DNA of 64,000 bases from NCBI GenBank assembly GCA_964016885.1, contig OZ024740.1:81654001-81718000 (forward strand), in the 5' to 3' direction. Position numbers and translations under genes: made by a program. Source of the stretch: Eledone cirrhosa (lineage: Eukaryota). The notes beneath the pieces are model-generated. The model ran no database searches, had not been told where the DNA came from, and saw nothing but the letters and a program-made list of their open reading frames with translations. The stretch's first letter is position 1. Each line of letters starts with the position of its first letter. Positions 25,709 to 40,700 of the stretch are shown in pieces.

Positions 25709-28700
25709 CAGAATCGCAGTATAGGTAAATATATGTGATAAATGGGGAGAAAAATACTGCTGGTAGCACATGGATAACATGTAATAAAATAAGTCCCTCA
25801 TCAGTGATTTGCCGACGATCATAGATATTTCATTGCATTAAAAATCATATACCTCACGTCGGTGCAATAATAACTAAATTAAGTTATTAGGACAATTAAA
25901 ACGCGTATAGCGAGTGAGACAGGAAAACAACAAAGAGTAGAGCTAACCGTAGAGGAAGGAAACAAGCTTCATAGTTATTCTTTTATGGTAAGCTAGGTGA
26001 ATATATGAGCGCTTAGAAAAAAGACCTTTCGCGAACGAATGCAATGTAAGAAAGAGAGAAATTGCTTTCGTTACGAACGGGGTGAAGTGAGGAGAGGAGA
26101 AACAGTGAGTGAGTGAGTGGAAGTGTGAGGAAGAGTTAACTGACACGACAGAGGGGGCGAAAGAAAGTAGGAGAAACAAAGAGAAAGAGGGAGCAGTAAG
26201 AGAGAGAGAAAAAAAAACAGAATCGCAGTATAGGTAAATATATGTGATAAAATGGGGAGAAAAATACTGCTGGTAGCACATGGATAACATGTAATAAAAT
26301 AAGTCCCTCATCAGTGATTTGCCGACGATCATAGATATTTCATTGCATTAAAAATCATATACCTCACGTCGGTGCAATAATAACTAAATTAAGTTATTAG
26401 GACAATTAAAACGCGTAAAGCGAGTGAGACAGGAAAACAACAAAGAGTAGAGCTAACCGTAGAGGAAGGAAACAACCTTCATAGTTATTCTTTTAGCGTA
26501 AGCTAGGTGAATATATGAGCGCTTAGAAAAAAGACCTTTCGCGAACGAATGCAATGTAAGAAAGAGAGAAATTGCTTTCGTTACGAACGGGGTGAAGTGA
26601 GGAGAGGAGAAACAGTGAGTGAATGAGTGGAAGTGTGAGGAAGAGTTAACTGACACGACAGAGGGAGCGAAAGAAAGTAGGAGAAACAGAGAGAATGAGG
26701 GAGCAGTAAGAGAGAGAGAGAGAGAAAAAAACAGAGTCGCAGTATAGGTAAATATATTTGATAAAATGGGGAAAAATATACTGCTGGTAGAACATGGATA
26801 ATATGTAATAAAATAAGTCCCTCATCAGTGATTTGTCGACGATCATAGATATTTCATTGCATTAAACATCATATACCTCACGTCGGTGCAATAATAACTA
26901 AATTAAGTTATTAGGACAATTAAAACGCGTATAGCCAGTGAGACAGGAAAACACCAAAGAGTAGAGCTAACCGTAGAGGAAGGAAACAAGCTTCATAGTT
27001 ATTCTATTAGCGTAAGCTAGGTGAATATATGAGCGCTTAGAAAAAAGACTTTTTGCGAACGAATGAAATGTAAGAAAGAGAGAAATTGCTTTCGTTACGA
27101 ACGGGGTGAAGTGAGGAGAGGAGAAACAGTGAGTGAGTGAGTGGAAGTGTGAGGAAGAGTTAACTGACACGACAGAGGGGGCGAAAGAAAGTAGGAGAAA
27201 CAGAGAGAATGAGGGAGCAGTAAGAGAGAGAGAGAGAGAAAAAAAAACAGAATCGCAGTATAGGTAAATATATGTGATAAATGGGGAGAAAAATACTGCT
27301 GGTAGCACATGGATAACATGTAATAAAATAAGTCCCTCATCAGTGATTTGCCGACGATCATAGATATTTCATTGCATTAAAAATCATATACCTCACGTCG
27401 GTCCAATAATAACTAAATTTAGTTATTAGGACAATTAAAACGCGTATAGCGAGTGAGACAGGAAAACAACAAAGAGTAGAGCTAACCGTAGAGGAAGGAA
27501 ACAAGCTTCATAGTTATTCTTTTATGGTAAGCTAGGTGAATATATGAGCGCTTAGAAAAAAGACCTTTCGCGAACGAATGCAATGTAAGAAAGAGAGAAA
27601 TTGCTTTCGTTACGAACGGGGTGAAGTGAGGAGAGGAGAAACAGTGAGTGAGTGAGTGGAAGTGTGAGGAAGAGTTAACTGACACGACAGAGGGGGCGAA
27701 AGAAAGTAGGAGAAACAAAGAGAAAGAGGGAGCAGTAAGAGAGAGAGAAAAAAAAACAGAATCGCAGTATAGGTAAATATATGTGATAAAATGGGGAGAA
27801 AAATACTGCTGGTAGAACATGGATAACATGTAATAAAATAAGTCCCTCTACAGTGATTTGCCGACGATCATAGATATTTCATTGCATTAAAATTCATATA
27901 CCTCACGTCGGTGCAATAATAACTAAATTAAGTTATTAGGACAATTAAAACGCGTAAAGCGAGTGAGACAGGAAAACAACAAAGAGTAGAGCTAACCGTA
28001 GAGGAAGGAAACAAGCTTCATAGTTATTCTGTTAGCGTAAGCTATGTGAATATATGAGCGCTTAGAAAAAAGACCTTTCGCGAACGAATGTAATGTAAGA
28101 AAGAGAGAAATTGCTTTCGTTACGAACGGGGTGAAGTGAGGAGAGGAGAAACAGTGAGTGAGTGAGTGGAAGTGTGAGGAAGAGTTAACTAACACGACAG
28201 AGGGGGCGAAAGAAAGTAGGAGAAACAGAGAGAATGAGGGAGCAGTAAGAGAGAGAGAGAGAAAAAAAACAGAATCGCAGTATAGGTAAATATATGTGAT
28301 AAAATGGGGAGAAAAATACTGCTGGTAGCACATGGATAACATGTAATAAAATAAGTCCCTCATCAGTGATTTGCCGAGGATCATAGATATTTCATTGCAT
28401 TAAAAATCATATACCTCACGTCGGTGCAATAATAACTAAATTAAGTTATTAGGACATTAAAACGCGTATAGCGAGTGACACAGGAAAACAACAAAGAGTA
28501 GAGCTAACCGTAGAGGAAGGAAACAAGCTTCATAGTTATTCTGTTAGCGTAAGCTAGGTGAATATATGAGCGCTTAGAAAAAAGACCTTTCGCGAACTAA
28601 TGCAATGTAAGAAAGAGAGAAATTGCTTTCGTTACGAACGGGGTGAAGTGAGGAGAGGAGAAACAGTGAGTGAGTGAGTGGAAGTGAGAGGAAGAGTTAA

Positions 28701-31700
28701 CTGACACGACAGAGGGGGCGAAAGAAAGTAGGAGAATCAGAGAGAATGAGGGAGCAGTAAGAGAGAGAGAGAGAAAAAAAAAACAGAATCGCAGTATAGG
28801 TAAATATATGTGATAAAATGGGGAGAAAAATACTGCTGGTAGAACATGGATAACATGTAATAAAATAAGTCCCTCGTCAGTGATTTGCCGACGATCATAG
28901 ATATTTCATTGCATTAAAATTCATATACCTCACGTCGGTGCAATAATAACTAAATTAAGTTATTAGGACAATTAAAACGCGTAAAGCGAGTGAGACAGGA
29001 AAACAACAAAGAGTAGAGCTAACCGTAGAGGAAGGAAACAAGCTTCATAGTTATTCTGTTAGCGTAAGCTAGGTGAATATATGAGCGCTTAGAAAAAAGA
29101 CCTTTCGCGAACGAATGCAATGTAAGAAAGAGAGAAATTGCTTTCGTTACGAACGGGGTGAAGTGAGGAGAGGAGAAACAGTGAGTGAGTGAGTGGAAGT
29201 GTGAGGAAGAGTTAACTGACACGACAGAGGGGGCGAAAGAAAGTAGGAGAAACAGAGAGAATGAGGGAGCAGTAAGAGAGAGAGAGAGAAAAAAAACAGA
29301 ATCGCAGTATAGGTAAATATATGTGATAAAATGGGGAGAAAAATACTGCTGGTAGAACATGGATAACATGTAATAAAATAAGTCCCTCGTCAGTGATTTG
29401 CCGACGATCATAGATATTTCATTGCATTAAAATTCATATACCTCACGTCGGTGCAATAATAACTAAATTAAGTTATTAGGACAATTAAAACGCGTAAAGC
29501 GAGTGAGACAGGAAAACAACAAAGAGTAGAGCTAACCGTAGAGGAAGGAAACAAGCTTCATAGTTATTCTGTTAGCGTAAGCTAGGTGAATATATGAGCG
29601 CTTAGAAAAAAGACCTTTCGCGAACGAATGCAATGTAAGAAAGACAGAAATTGCTTTCGTTACGAACGGGGTGAAGTGAGGAGAGGAGAAACAGTGAGTG
29701 AGTGAGTGGAAGTGTGAGGAAGAGTTAACTGACACGACAGAGGGGGCGAAAGAAAGTAGGAGAAACAGAGAGAATGAGGGAGCAGTAAGAGAGAGAGAGA
29801 GAAAAAAAAACAGAATCGCAGTATAGGTAAATATATGTGATAAAATGGGGAGAAAAATACTGCTGGTAGCACATGGATAACATGTAATAAAATAAGTCCC
29901 TCATCAGTGATTTGCCGACGATTATAGATATTTCATTGCATTAAAAATCATATACCTCACGTCGGTGCAATAATAACTAAATTAAGTTATTAGGACAATT
30001 AAAACGCGTAAAGCGAGTGAGACAGGAAAACAACAAAGAGTAGAGCTAACCGTAGAGGAAGGAAACAAGCTTCATAGTTATTCTGTTAGCGTAAGCTAGG
30101 TGAATATATGGGCGCTCAGAAAAAAGACCTTTCGCGCACGAATGTAATGTAAGAAAGAAGAAATTGCTTTCGTTACGAACGGGGTGAAGTGAGGAGAGGA
30201 GAAACAGTGAGTGAGTGAGTGGAAGTGTGAGGAAGAGTTAACTGACACGACAGAGGGGGCGAAAGAAAGTAGGAGAAACAGAGAGAATGAGGGAGCAGTA
30301 AGAGAGAGAGAGAGAGAAAAAAAAACAGAATCGCAGTATAGGTAAATATATGTGATAAAATGGGGAGAAAAATACTGCTGGTAGCACATGGATAACATGT
30401 AATAAAATAAGTCCCTCATCAGTGATTTGCCGAGGATCATAGATATTTCATTGCATTAAAAATCATATACCTCACGTCGGTGCAATAATAACTAAATTAA
30501 GTTATTAGGACAATTAAAACGCGTATAGCGAGTGAGACAGGAAAATAACAAAGAGTAGAGCTAACCGTAGAGGAAGGAAACAAGCTTCATAGTTATTCTG
30601 TTAGCGTAAGCTAGGTGAATATATGAGCGCTTAGAAAAAAGACCTTTCGCGAACGAATGAAATATAAGAAAGAGAGAAATTGCTTTCGTTACGAACGGGG
30701 TGAAGTGAGGAGAGGAGAAACAGTGAGTGAGTGAGTGGAAGTGTGAGGAAGAGTTAACTGACACGACAGAGGGGGCGAAAGAAAGTAGGAGAAACAGAGA
30801 GAATGAGGGAGCAGTAAGAGAGAGAGAGAGAGAGAGAAAAAAACAGAATCGCAGTATAGGTAAATATATGTGATAAAATGGGGGAAAACATACTGCTGGT
30901 AGAACATGGATAACATGTAATAAACTAAGTCCCTCATCAGTGATTTGTCGACGATCATAGATATTTCATTGCATTAAAAATCATATACCTCACGTCGGTG
31001 CAATAATAACTAAATTAAGTTATTAGGACAATTAAAACGCGTAAAGCGAGTGAGACAGGAAAACAACAAAGAGTAGAGCTAACCGTAGAGGAAGGAAACA
31101 AGCTTCATAGTTATTCTGTTAGCGTAAGCTAGGTGAATATATGAGCGCTTAGAAAAAAGACCTTTCGCGAACGAATGCAATGTAAGAAAGAGAGAAATTG
31201 CTTTCGTTACGAACGGGGTGAAGTGAGGAGAGGAGAAACAGTGAGTGAATGAGTGGAAGTGTGAGGAAGAGTTAACTGACACGACAGAGGGAGCGAAAGA
31301 AAGTAGGAGAAACAGAGAGAATGAGGGAGCAGTAAGAGAGAGAGAGAGAGAAAAAAACAGAGTCGCAGTATAGGTAAATATATGTGATAAAATGGGGAAA
31401 AATATACTGCTGGTAGAACATGGATAATATGTAATAAAATAAGTCCCTCATCAGTGATTTGTCGACGATCATAGATATTTCATTGCATTAAACATCATAT
31501 ACCTCACGTCGGTGCAATAATAACTAAATTAAGTTATTAGGACAATTAAAACGCGTATAGCCAGTGAGACAGGAAAACACCAAAGAGTAGAGCTAACCGT
31601 AGAGGAAGGAAACAAGCTTCATAGTTATTCTATTAGCGTAAGCTAGGTGAATATATGAGCGCTTAGAAAAAAGACCTTTCGCGAACGAATGAAATGTAAG

Positions 31701-34700
31701 AAAGAGAGAAATTGCTTTCGTTACGAACGGGGTGAAGTGAGGAGAGGAGAAACAGTGAGTGAGTGAGTGGAAGTGTGAGGAAGAGTTAACTGACACGACA
31801 GAGGGGGCGAAAGAAAGTAGGAGAAACAGAGAGAATGAGGGAGCAGTAAGAGAGAGAGAGAGAGAAAAAAAACAGAATCGCAGTATAGGTAAATATATGT
31901 GACAAATGGGGAGAAAAATACTGCTGGTAGCACATGGATAACATGTAATAAAATAAGTCCCTCATCAGTGATTTGCCGACGATCATAGATATTTCATTGC
32001 ATTAAAAATCATATACCTCACGTCGGTCCAATAATAACTAAATTTAGTTATTAGGACAATTAAAACGCGTATAGCGAGTGAGACAGGAAAACAACAAAGA
32101 GTAGAGCTAACCGTAGAGGAAGGAAACAAGCTTCATAGTTATTCTGTTAGCGTAAGCTAGGTGAATATATGGGCGCTCAGAAAAAAGACCTTTCGCGCAC
32201 GAATGTAATGTAAGAAAGAGAGAAATTGCTTTCGTTACGAACGGGGTGAAGTGAGGAGAGGAGAAACAGTGAGTGAGTGGAAGTGTGAGGAAGAGTTAAC
32301 TGACACGACAGAGGGGGCGAAAGAAAGTAGGAGAAACAGAGAGAATGAGGGAGCAGTAAGAGAGAGAGAGAGAGAGAGAGAAAAAAACAGAATCGCAGTA
32401 TAGGTAAATATATGTGATAAAATGGGGAAAAATATACTGCTGGTAGAACATGGATAATATGTAATAAAATAAGTCCCTCATCAGTGATTTGTCGACGATC
32501 ATAGATATTTCATTGCATTAAACATCATATACCTCACGTCGGTGCAATAATAACTAAATTAAGTTATTAGGACAATTAAAACGCGTATAGCCAGTGAGAC
32601 AGGAAAACACCAAAGAGTAGAGCTAACCGTAGAGGAAGGAAACAAGCTTCATAGTTATTCTATTAGCGTAAGCTAGGTGAATATATGAGCGCTTAGAAAA
32701 AAGACCTTTCGCGAACGAATGCAATGTAAGAAAGAGAGAAATTGCTTTCGTTACGAACGGGGTGAAGTGAGGAGAGGAGAAACAGTGAGTGAGTGAGTGG
32801 AAGTGTGAGGAAGAGTTAACTGACACGACAGAGGGGGCGAAAGAAAGTAGGAGAAACAAAGAGAAAGAGGGAGCAGTAAGAGAGAGAGAAAAAAAAACAG
32901 AATCGCAGTATAGGTAAATATATGTGATAAAATGGGGAGAAAAATACTGCTGGTAGAACATGGATAACATGTAATAAAATAAGTCCCTCTACAGTGATTT
33001 GCCGACGATCATAGATATTTCATTGCATTAAAATTCATATACCTCACGTCGGTGCAATAATAACTAAATTAAGTTATTAGGACAATTAAAACGCGTAAAG
33101 CGAGTGAGACAGGAAAACAACAAAGAGTAGAGCTAACCGTAGAGGAAGGAAACAAGCTTCATAGTTATTCTGTTAGCGTAAGCTATGTGAATATATGAGC
33201 GCTTAGAAAAAAGACCTTTCGCGAACGAATGCAATGTAAGAAAGAGAGAAATTGCTTTCGTTACGAACGGGGTGAAGTGAGGAGAGGAGAAAGAGTGAGT
33301 GAGTGAGTGGAAGTGTGAGGAAGAGTTAACTGACACGACAGAGGGGGCGAAAGAAAGTAGGAGAAACAGAGAGAATGAGGGAGCAGTAAGAGAGAGAGAG
33401 AGAAAAAAAAACAGAATCGCAGTATAGGTAAATATATGTGATAAAATGGGGAGAAAAATACTGCTGGTAGCACATGGATAACATGTAATAAAATAAGTCC
33501 CTCATCAGTGATTTGCCGACGATTATAGATATTTCATTGCATTAAAAATCATATACCTCACGTCGGTGCAATAATAACTAAATTAAGTTATTAGGACAAT
33601 TAAAACGCGTAAAGCGAGTGAGACAGGAAAACAACAATGATTAGAGCTAACCGTAGAGGAAGGAAACAAGCTTCATAGTTATTCTGTTAGCGTAAGCTAG
33701 GTGAATATATGAGCGCTTAGAAAAAAGACCTTTCGCGAACGAATGTAATGTAAGAAAGAGAGAAATTGCTTTCGTTACGAACGGGGTGAAGTGAGGAGAG
33801 GAGAAACAGTGAGTGAGTAAGTGGAAGTGTGAGGAAGAGTTAACTGACACGACAGAGGGGGCGAAAGAAAGTAGGAGAAACAGAGAGAATGAGGGAGCAG
33901 TAAGAGAGAGAGAGAGAAAAAAAACAGAATCGCAGTATAGGTAAATATATGTGATAAAATGGGGAGAAAAATACTGCTGGTAGCACATGGATAACATGTA
34001 ATAAAATAAGTCCCTCATCAGTGATTTGCCGAGGATCATAGATATTTCATTGCATTAAAAATCATATACCTCACGTCGGTGCAATAATAACTAAATTAAG
34101 TTATTTGGACATTAAAACGCGTATAGCGAGTGACACAGGAAAACAACAAAGAGTAGAGCTAACCGTAGAGGAAGGAAACAAGCTTCATAGTTATTCTGTT
34201 AGCGTAAGCTAGGTGAATATATGAGCGCTTAGAAAAAAGACCTTTCGCGAACTAATGCAATGTAAGAAAGAGAGAAATTGCTTTCGTTACGAACGGGGTG
34301 AAGTGAGGAGAGGAGAAACAGTGAGTGAGTGAGTGGAAGTGAGAGGAAGAGTTAACTGACACGACAGAGGGGGCGAAAGAAAGTAGGAGAAACAGAGAGA
34401 ATGAGGGAGCAGTAAGAGAGAGAGAGAGAAAAAAAACAGAATCGCAGTATAGGTAAATATATGTGATAAAATGGGGAGAAAAATACTGCTGGTAGAACAT
34501 GGATAACATGTAATAAAATAAGTCCCTCGTCAGTGATTTGCCGACGATCATAGATATTTCATTGCATTAAAATTCATATACCTCACGTCGGTGCAATAAT
34601 AACTAAATTAAGTTATTAGGACAATTAAAACGCGTAAAGCGAGTGAGACAGGAAAACAACAAAGAGTAGAGCTAACCGTAGAGGAAGGAAACAAGCTTCA

Positions 34701-37700
34701 TAGTTATTCTGTTAGCGTAAGCTAGGTGAATATATGAGCGCTTAGAAAAAAGACCTTTCGCGAGCGAATGTAATGTAAGAAAGAGAGAAATTGCTTTCGT
34801 TACGAACGGGGTGAAGTGAGGAGAGGAGAAACAGTGAATGAGTGAGTGGAAGTGAGAGGAAGAGTTAACTGACACGACAGAGGGGGCGAAAGAAAGTAGG
34901 AGAATCAGAGAGAATGAGGGAGCAGTAAGAGAGAGAGAGAGAAAAAAAAACAGAATCGCAGTATAGGTAAATATATGTGATAAAATGGGGAGAAAAATAC
35001 TGCTGGTAGCACATGGATAACATGTAATAAAATAAGTCCCTCATCAGTGATTTGCCGACGATTATAGATATTTCATTGCATTAAAAATCATATACCTCAC
35101 GTCGGTGCAATAATAACTAAATTAAGTTATTAGGACAATTAAAACGCGTAAAGCGAGTGAGACAGGAAAACAACAATGATTAGAGCTAACCGTAGAGGAA
35201 GGAAACAAGCTTCATAGTTATTCTGTTAGCGTAAGCTAGGTGAATATATGAGCGCTTAGAAAAAAGACCTTTCGCGAACGAATGTAATGTAAGAAAGAGA
35301 GAAATTGCTTTCGTTACGAACGGGGTGAAGTGAGGAGAGGAGAAACAGTGAGTGAGTGAGTGGAAGTGTGAGGAAGAGTTAACTGACACGACAGAGGGGG
35401 CGAAAGAAAGTAGGAGAAACAGAGAGAATGAGGGAGCAGTAAGAGAGAGAGAGAGAAAAAAAACAGAATCGCAGTATAGGTAAATATATGTGATAAAATG
35501 GGGAGAAAAATACTGCTGGTAGCACATGGATAACATGTAATAAAATAAGTACCTCATCAGTGATTTGCCGAGGATCATAGATATTTCATTGCATTAAAAA
35601 TCATATACCTCACGTCGGTGCAATAATAACTAAATTAAGTTATTAGGACATTAAAACGCGTATAGCGAGTGACACAGGAAAACAACAAAGAGTAGAGCTA
35701 ACCGTAGAGGAAGGAAACAAGCTTCATAGTTATTCTGTTAGCGTAAGCTAGGTGAATATATGAGCGCTTAGAAAAAAGACCTTTCGCGAACTAATGCAAT
35801 GTAAGAAAGAGAGAAATTGCTTTCGTTACGAACGGGGTGAAGTGAGGAGAGGAGAAACAGTGAGTGAGTGAGTGGAAGTGAGAGGAAGAGTTAACTGACA
35901 CGACAGAGGGGGCGAAAGAAAGTAGGAGAATCAGAGAGAATGAGGGAGCAGTAAGAGAGAGAGAGAGAAAAAAAAACAGAATCGCAGTATAGGTAAATAT
36001 ATGTGATAAAATGGGGAGAAAAATACTGCTGGTAGAACATGGATAACATGTAATAAAATAAGTCCCTCGTCGGTGATTTGCCGACGATCATAGATATTTC
36101 ATTGCATTAAAATTCATATACCTCACGTCGGTGCAATAATAACTAAATTAAGTTATTAGGACAATTAAAACGCGTAAAGCGAGTGAGACAGGAAAACAAC
36201 AAAGAGTAGAGCTAACCGTAGAGGAAGGAAACAAGCTTCATAGTTATTCTGTTAGCGTAAGCTAGGTGAATATATGAGCGCTTAGAAAAAAGACCTTTCG
36301 CGAACGAATGCAATGTAAGAAAGAGAGAAATTGCTTTCGTTACGAACGGGGTGAAGTGAGGAGAGGAGAAACAGTGAGTGAGTGAGTGGAAGTGTGAGGA
36401 AGAGTTAACTGACACGACAGAGGGGGCGAAAGAAAGTAGGAGAAACAGAGAGAATGAGGGAGCAGTAAGAGAGAGAGAGAGAAAAAAAACAGAATCGCAG
36501 TATAGGTAAATATATGTGATAAAATGGGGAGAAAAATACTGCTGGTAGCACATGGATAACATGTAATAAAATAAGTCCCTCATCAGTGATTTGCCGACGA
36601 TTATAGATATTTCATTGCATTAAAAATCATATACCTCACGTCGGTGCAATAATAACTAAATTAAGTTATTAGGACAATTAAAACGCGTAAAGCGAGTGAG
36701 ACAGGAAAACAACAAAGAGTAGAGCTAACCGTAGAGGAAGGAAACAAGCTTCATAGTTATTCTGTTAGCGTAAGCTAGGTGAATATATGAGCGCTTAGAA
36801 AAAAGACCTTTCGCGAGCGAATGTAATGTAAGAAAGAGAGAAATTGCTTTCGTTACGAACGGGGTGAAGTGAGGAGAGGAGAAACAGTGAGTGAGTGAGT
36901 GGAAGTGTGAGGAAGAGTTAACTGACACGACAGAGGGGGCGAAAGAAAGTAGGAGAAACAGAGAGAATGAGGGAGCAGTAAGAGAGAGAGAGAGAAAAAA
37001 AAACAGAATCGCAGTATAGGTAAATATATGTGATAAAATGGGGAGAAAAATACTGCTGGTAGCACATGGATAACATGTAATAAAATAAGTCCCTCATCAG
37101 TGATTTGCCGACGATTATAGATATTTCATTGCATTAAAAATCATATACCTCACGTCGGTGCAATAATAACTAAATTAAGTTATTAGGACAATTAAAACGC
37201 GTAAAGCGAGTGAGACAGGAAAACAACAAAGAGTAGAGCTAACCGTAGAGGAAGGAAACAAGCTTCATAGTTATTCTGTTAGCGTAAGCTAGGTGAATAT
37301 ATGAGCGCTTAGAAAAAAGACCTTTCGCGAGCGAATGTAATGTAAGAAAGAGAGAAATTGCTTTCGTTACGAACGGGGTGAAGTGAGGAGAGGAGAAACA
37401 GTGAATGAGTGAGTGGAAGTGAGAGGAAGAGTTAACTGACACGACAGAGGGGGCGAAAGAAAGTAGGAGAATCAGAGAGAATGAGGGAGCAGTAAGAGAG
37501 AGAGAGAGAAAAAAAAACAGAATCGCAGTATAGGTAAATATATGTGATAAAATGGGGAGAAAAATACTGCTGGTAGCACATGGATAACATGTAATAAAAT
37601 AAGTCCCTCATCAGTGATTTGCCGACGATCATAGATATTTCATTGCATTAAAATTCATATACCTCACGTCGGTGCAATAATAACTAAATTAAGTTATTAG

Positions 37701-40700
37701 GACAATTAAAACGCGTAAAGCGAGTGTGACAGGAAAACAACAAAGAGTAGAGCTAACCGTAGAGGAAGGAAACAAGCTTCATAGTTATTCTGTTAGCGTA
37801 AGCTAGGTGAATATATGAGCGCTTAGAAAAAAGACCTTTCGCGAACGAATGCAATGTAAGAAAGAGAGAAATTGCTTTCGTTACGAACGGGGAGAAGTGA
37901 GGAGAGGAGAAACAGTGAGTGAGTGAGTGGAAGTGTGAGGAAGAGTTAACTGACACGACAGAGGGAGCGAAAGAAAATAGGAGAAACAGAGAGAATAAGG
38001 GAGCAGTAAGAGAGAGAGAGAGAAAAAAACAGAATCGCAGTATAGGTAAATATATGTGATAAAATGGGGGAAAACATACTGCTGGTAGAACATGGATAAC
38101 ATGTAATAAAATAAGTCCCTCATCAGTGATTTGTCGACGATCATAGATATTTCATTGCATTAAAAATCATATACCTCACGTCGGTGCAATAATAACTAAA
38201 TTAAGTTATTAGGACAATTAAAACGCGTAAAGCGAGTGAGACAGGAAAACAACAAAGAGTAGAGCTAACCGTAGAGGAAGGAAACAAGCTTCATAGTTAT
38301 TCTGTTAGCGTAAGCTAGGTGAATATATGAGCGCTTAGAAAAAAGACCTTTCGCGAACGAATGCAATGTAAGAAAGAGAGAAATTGCTTTCGTTACGAAC
38401 GGGGTGAAGTGAGGAGAGGAGAAACAGTGAGTGAATGAGTGGAAGTGTGAGGAAGAGTTAACTGACACGACAGAGGGAGCGAAAGAAAGTAGGAGAAACA
38501 GAGAGAATGAGGGAGCAGTAAGAGAGAGAGAGAGAGAAAAAAACAGAGTCGCAGTATAGGTAAATATATGTGATAAAATGGGGAAAAATATACTGCTGGT
38601 AGAACATGGATAATATGTAATAAAATAAGTCCCTCATCAGTGATTTGTCGACGATCATAGATATTTCATTGCATTAAACATCATATACCTCACGTCGGTG
38701 CAATAATAACTAAATTAAGTTATTAGGACAATTAAAACGCGTATAGCGAGTGAGACAGGAAAACACCAAAGAGTAGAGCTAACCGTAGAGGAAGGAAACA
38801 AGCTTCATAGTTATTCTGTTAGCGTAAGCTAGGTGAATATATGAGCGCTTAGAAAAAAGACCTTTCGCGAACGAATGAAATGTAAGAAAGAGAGAAATTG
38901 CTTTCGTTACGAACGGGGTGAAGTGAGGAGAGGAGAAACAGTGAGTGAGTGAGTGGAAGTGAGAGGAAGAGTTAACTGACACGACAGAGGGGGCGAAAGA
39001 ATGTAGGAGAATCAGAGAGAATGAGGGAGCAGTAAGAGAGAGAGAGAGAAAAAAAAAACAGAATCGCAGTATAGGTAAATATATGTGATAAAATGGGGAG
39101 AAAAATACTGCTGGTAGAACATGGATAACATGTAATAAAATAAGTCCCTCATCAGTGATTTGCCGACGATCATAGATATTTCATTGCATTAAAATTCATA
39201 TACCTCACGTCGGTGCAATAATAACTAAATTAAGTTATTAGGACAATTAAAACTCGTAAAGCGAGTGAGACAGGAAAACAACAAAGAGTAGAGCTAACCG
39301 TAGAGGAAGGAAACAAGCTTCATAGTTATTCTGTTAGCGTAAGCTAGGTGAATATATGAGCGCTTAGAAAAAAGACCTTTCGCGAACGAATGCAATGTAA
39401 GAAAGAGAGAAATTGCTTTCGTTACGAACGGGGTGAAGTGAGGAGAGGAGAAACAGTGAGTGAGTGAGTGGAAGTGTGAGGAAGAGTTAACTGACACGAC
39501 AGAGGGGGCGAAAGAAAGTAGGAGAAACAGAGAGAATGAGGGAGCAGTAAGAGAGAGAGAGAGAAAAAAAACAGAATCGCAGTATAGGTAAATATATGTG
39601 ATAAAATGGGGAGAAAAATACTGCTGGTAGCACATGGATAACATGTAATAAAATAAGTCCCTCATCAGTGATTTGCCGACGATTATAGATATTTCATTGC
39701 ATTAAAAATCATATACCTCACGTCGGTGCAATAATAACTAAATTAAGTTATTAGGACAATTAAAACGCGTAAAGCGAGTGAGACAGGAAAACAACAAAGA
39801 GTAGAGCTAACCGTAGAGGAAGGAAACAAGCTTCATAGTTATTCTGTTAGCGTAAGCTAGGTGAATATATGAGCGCTTAGAAAAAAGACCTTTCGCGAAC
39901 GAATGAAATGTAAGAAAGAGAGAAATTGCTTTCGTTACGAACGGGGTGAAGTGAGGAGAGGAGAAACAGTGAGTGAGTGAGTGGAAGTGTGAGGAAGAGT
40001 TAACTGACACGACAGAGGGGGCGAAAGAAAGTAGGAGAAACAGAGAGAATGAGGGAGCAGTAAGAGAGAGAGAGAGAGAAAAAAAAACAGAATCGCAGTA
40101 TAGGTAAATATATGTGATAAATGGGGAGAAAAATACTGCTGGTAGCACATGGATAACATGTAATAAAATAAGTCCCTCATCAGTGATTTGCCGACGATCA
40201 TAGATATTTCATTGCATTAAAAATCATATACCTCACGTCGGTCCAATAATAACTAAATTTAGTTATTAGGACAATTAAAACGCGTATAGCGAGTGAGACA
40301 GGAAAACAACAAAGAGTAGAGCTAACCGTAGAGGAAGGAAACAAGCTTCATAGTTATTCTGTTAGCGTAAGCTAGGTGAATATATGAGCGCTTAGAAAAA
40401 AGACCTTTCGCGAACGAATGCAATGTAAGAAAGAGAGAAATTGCTTTCGTTACGAACGGGGTGAAGTGAGGAGAGGAGAAACAGTGAGTGAGTGAGTGGA
40501 AGTGAGAGGAAGAGTTAACTGACACGACAGAGGGGGCGAAAGAAAGTAGGAGAATCAGAGAGAATGAGGGAGCAGTAAGAGAGAGAGAGAGAAAAAAAAA
40601 ACAGAATCGCAGTATAGGTAAATATATGTGATAAAATGGGGAGAAAAATACTGCTGGTAGAACATGGATAACATGTAATAAAATAAGTCACTCATCAGTG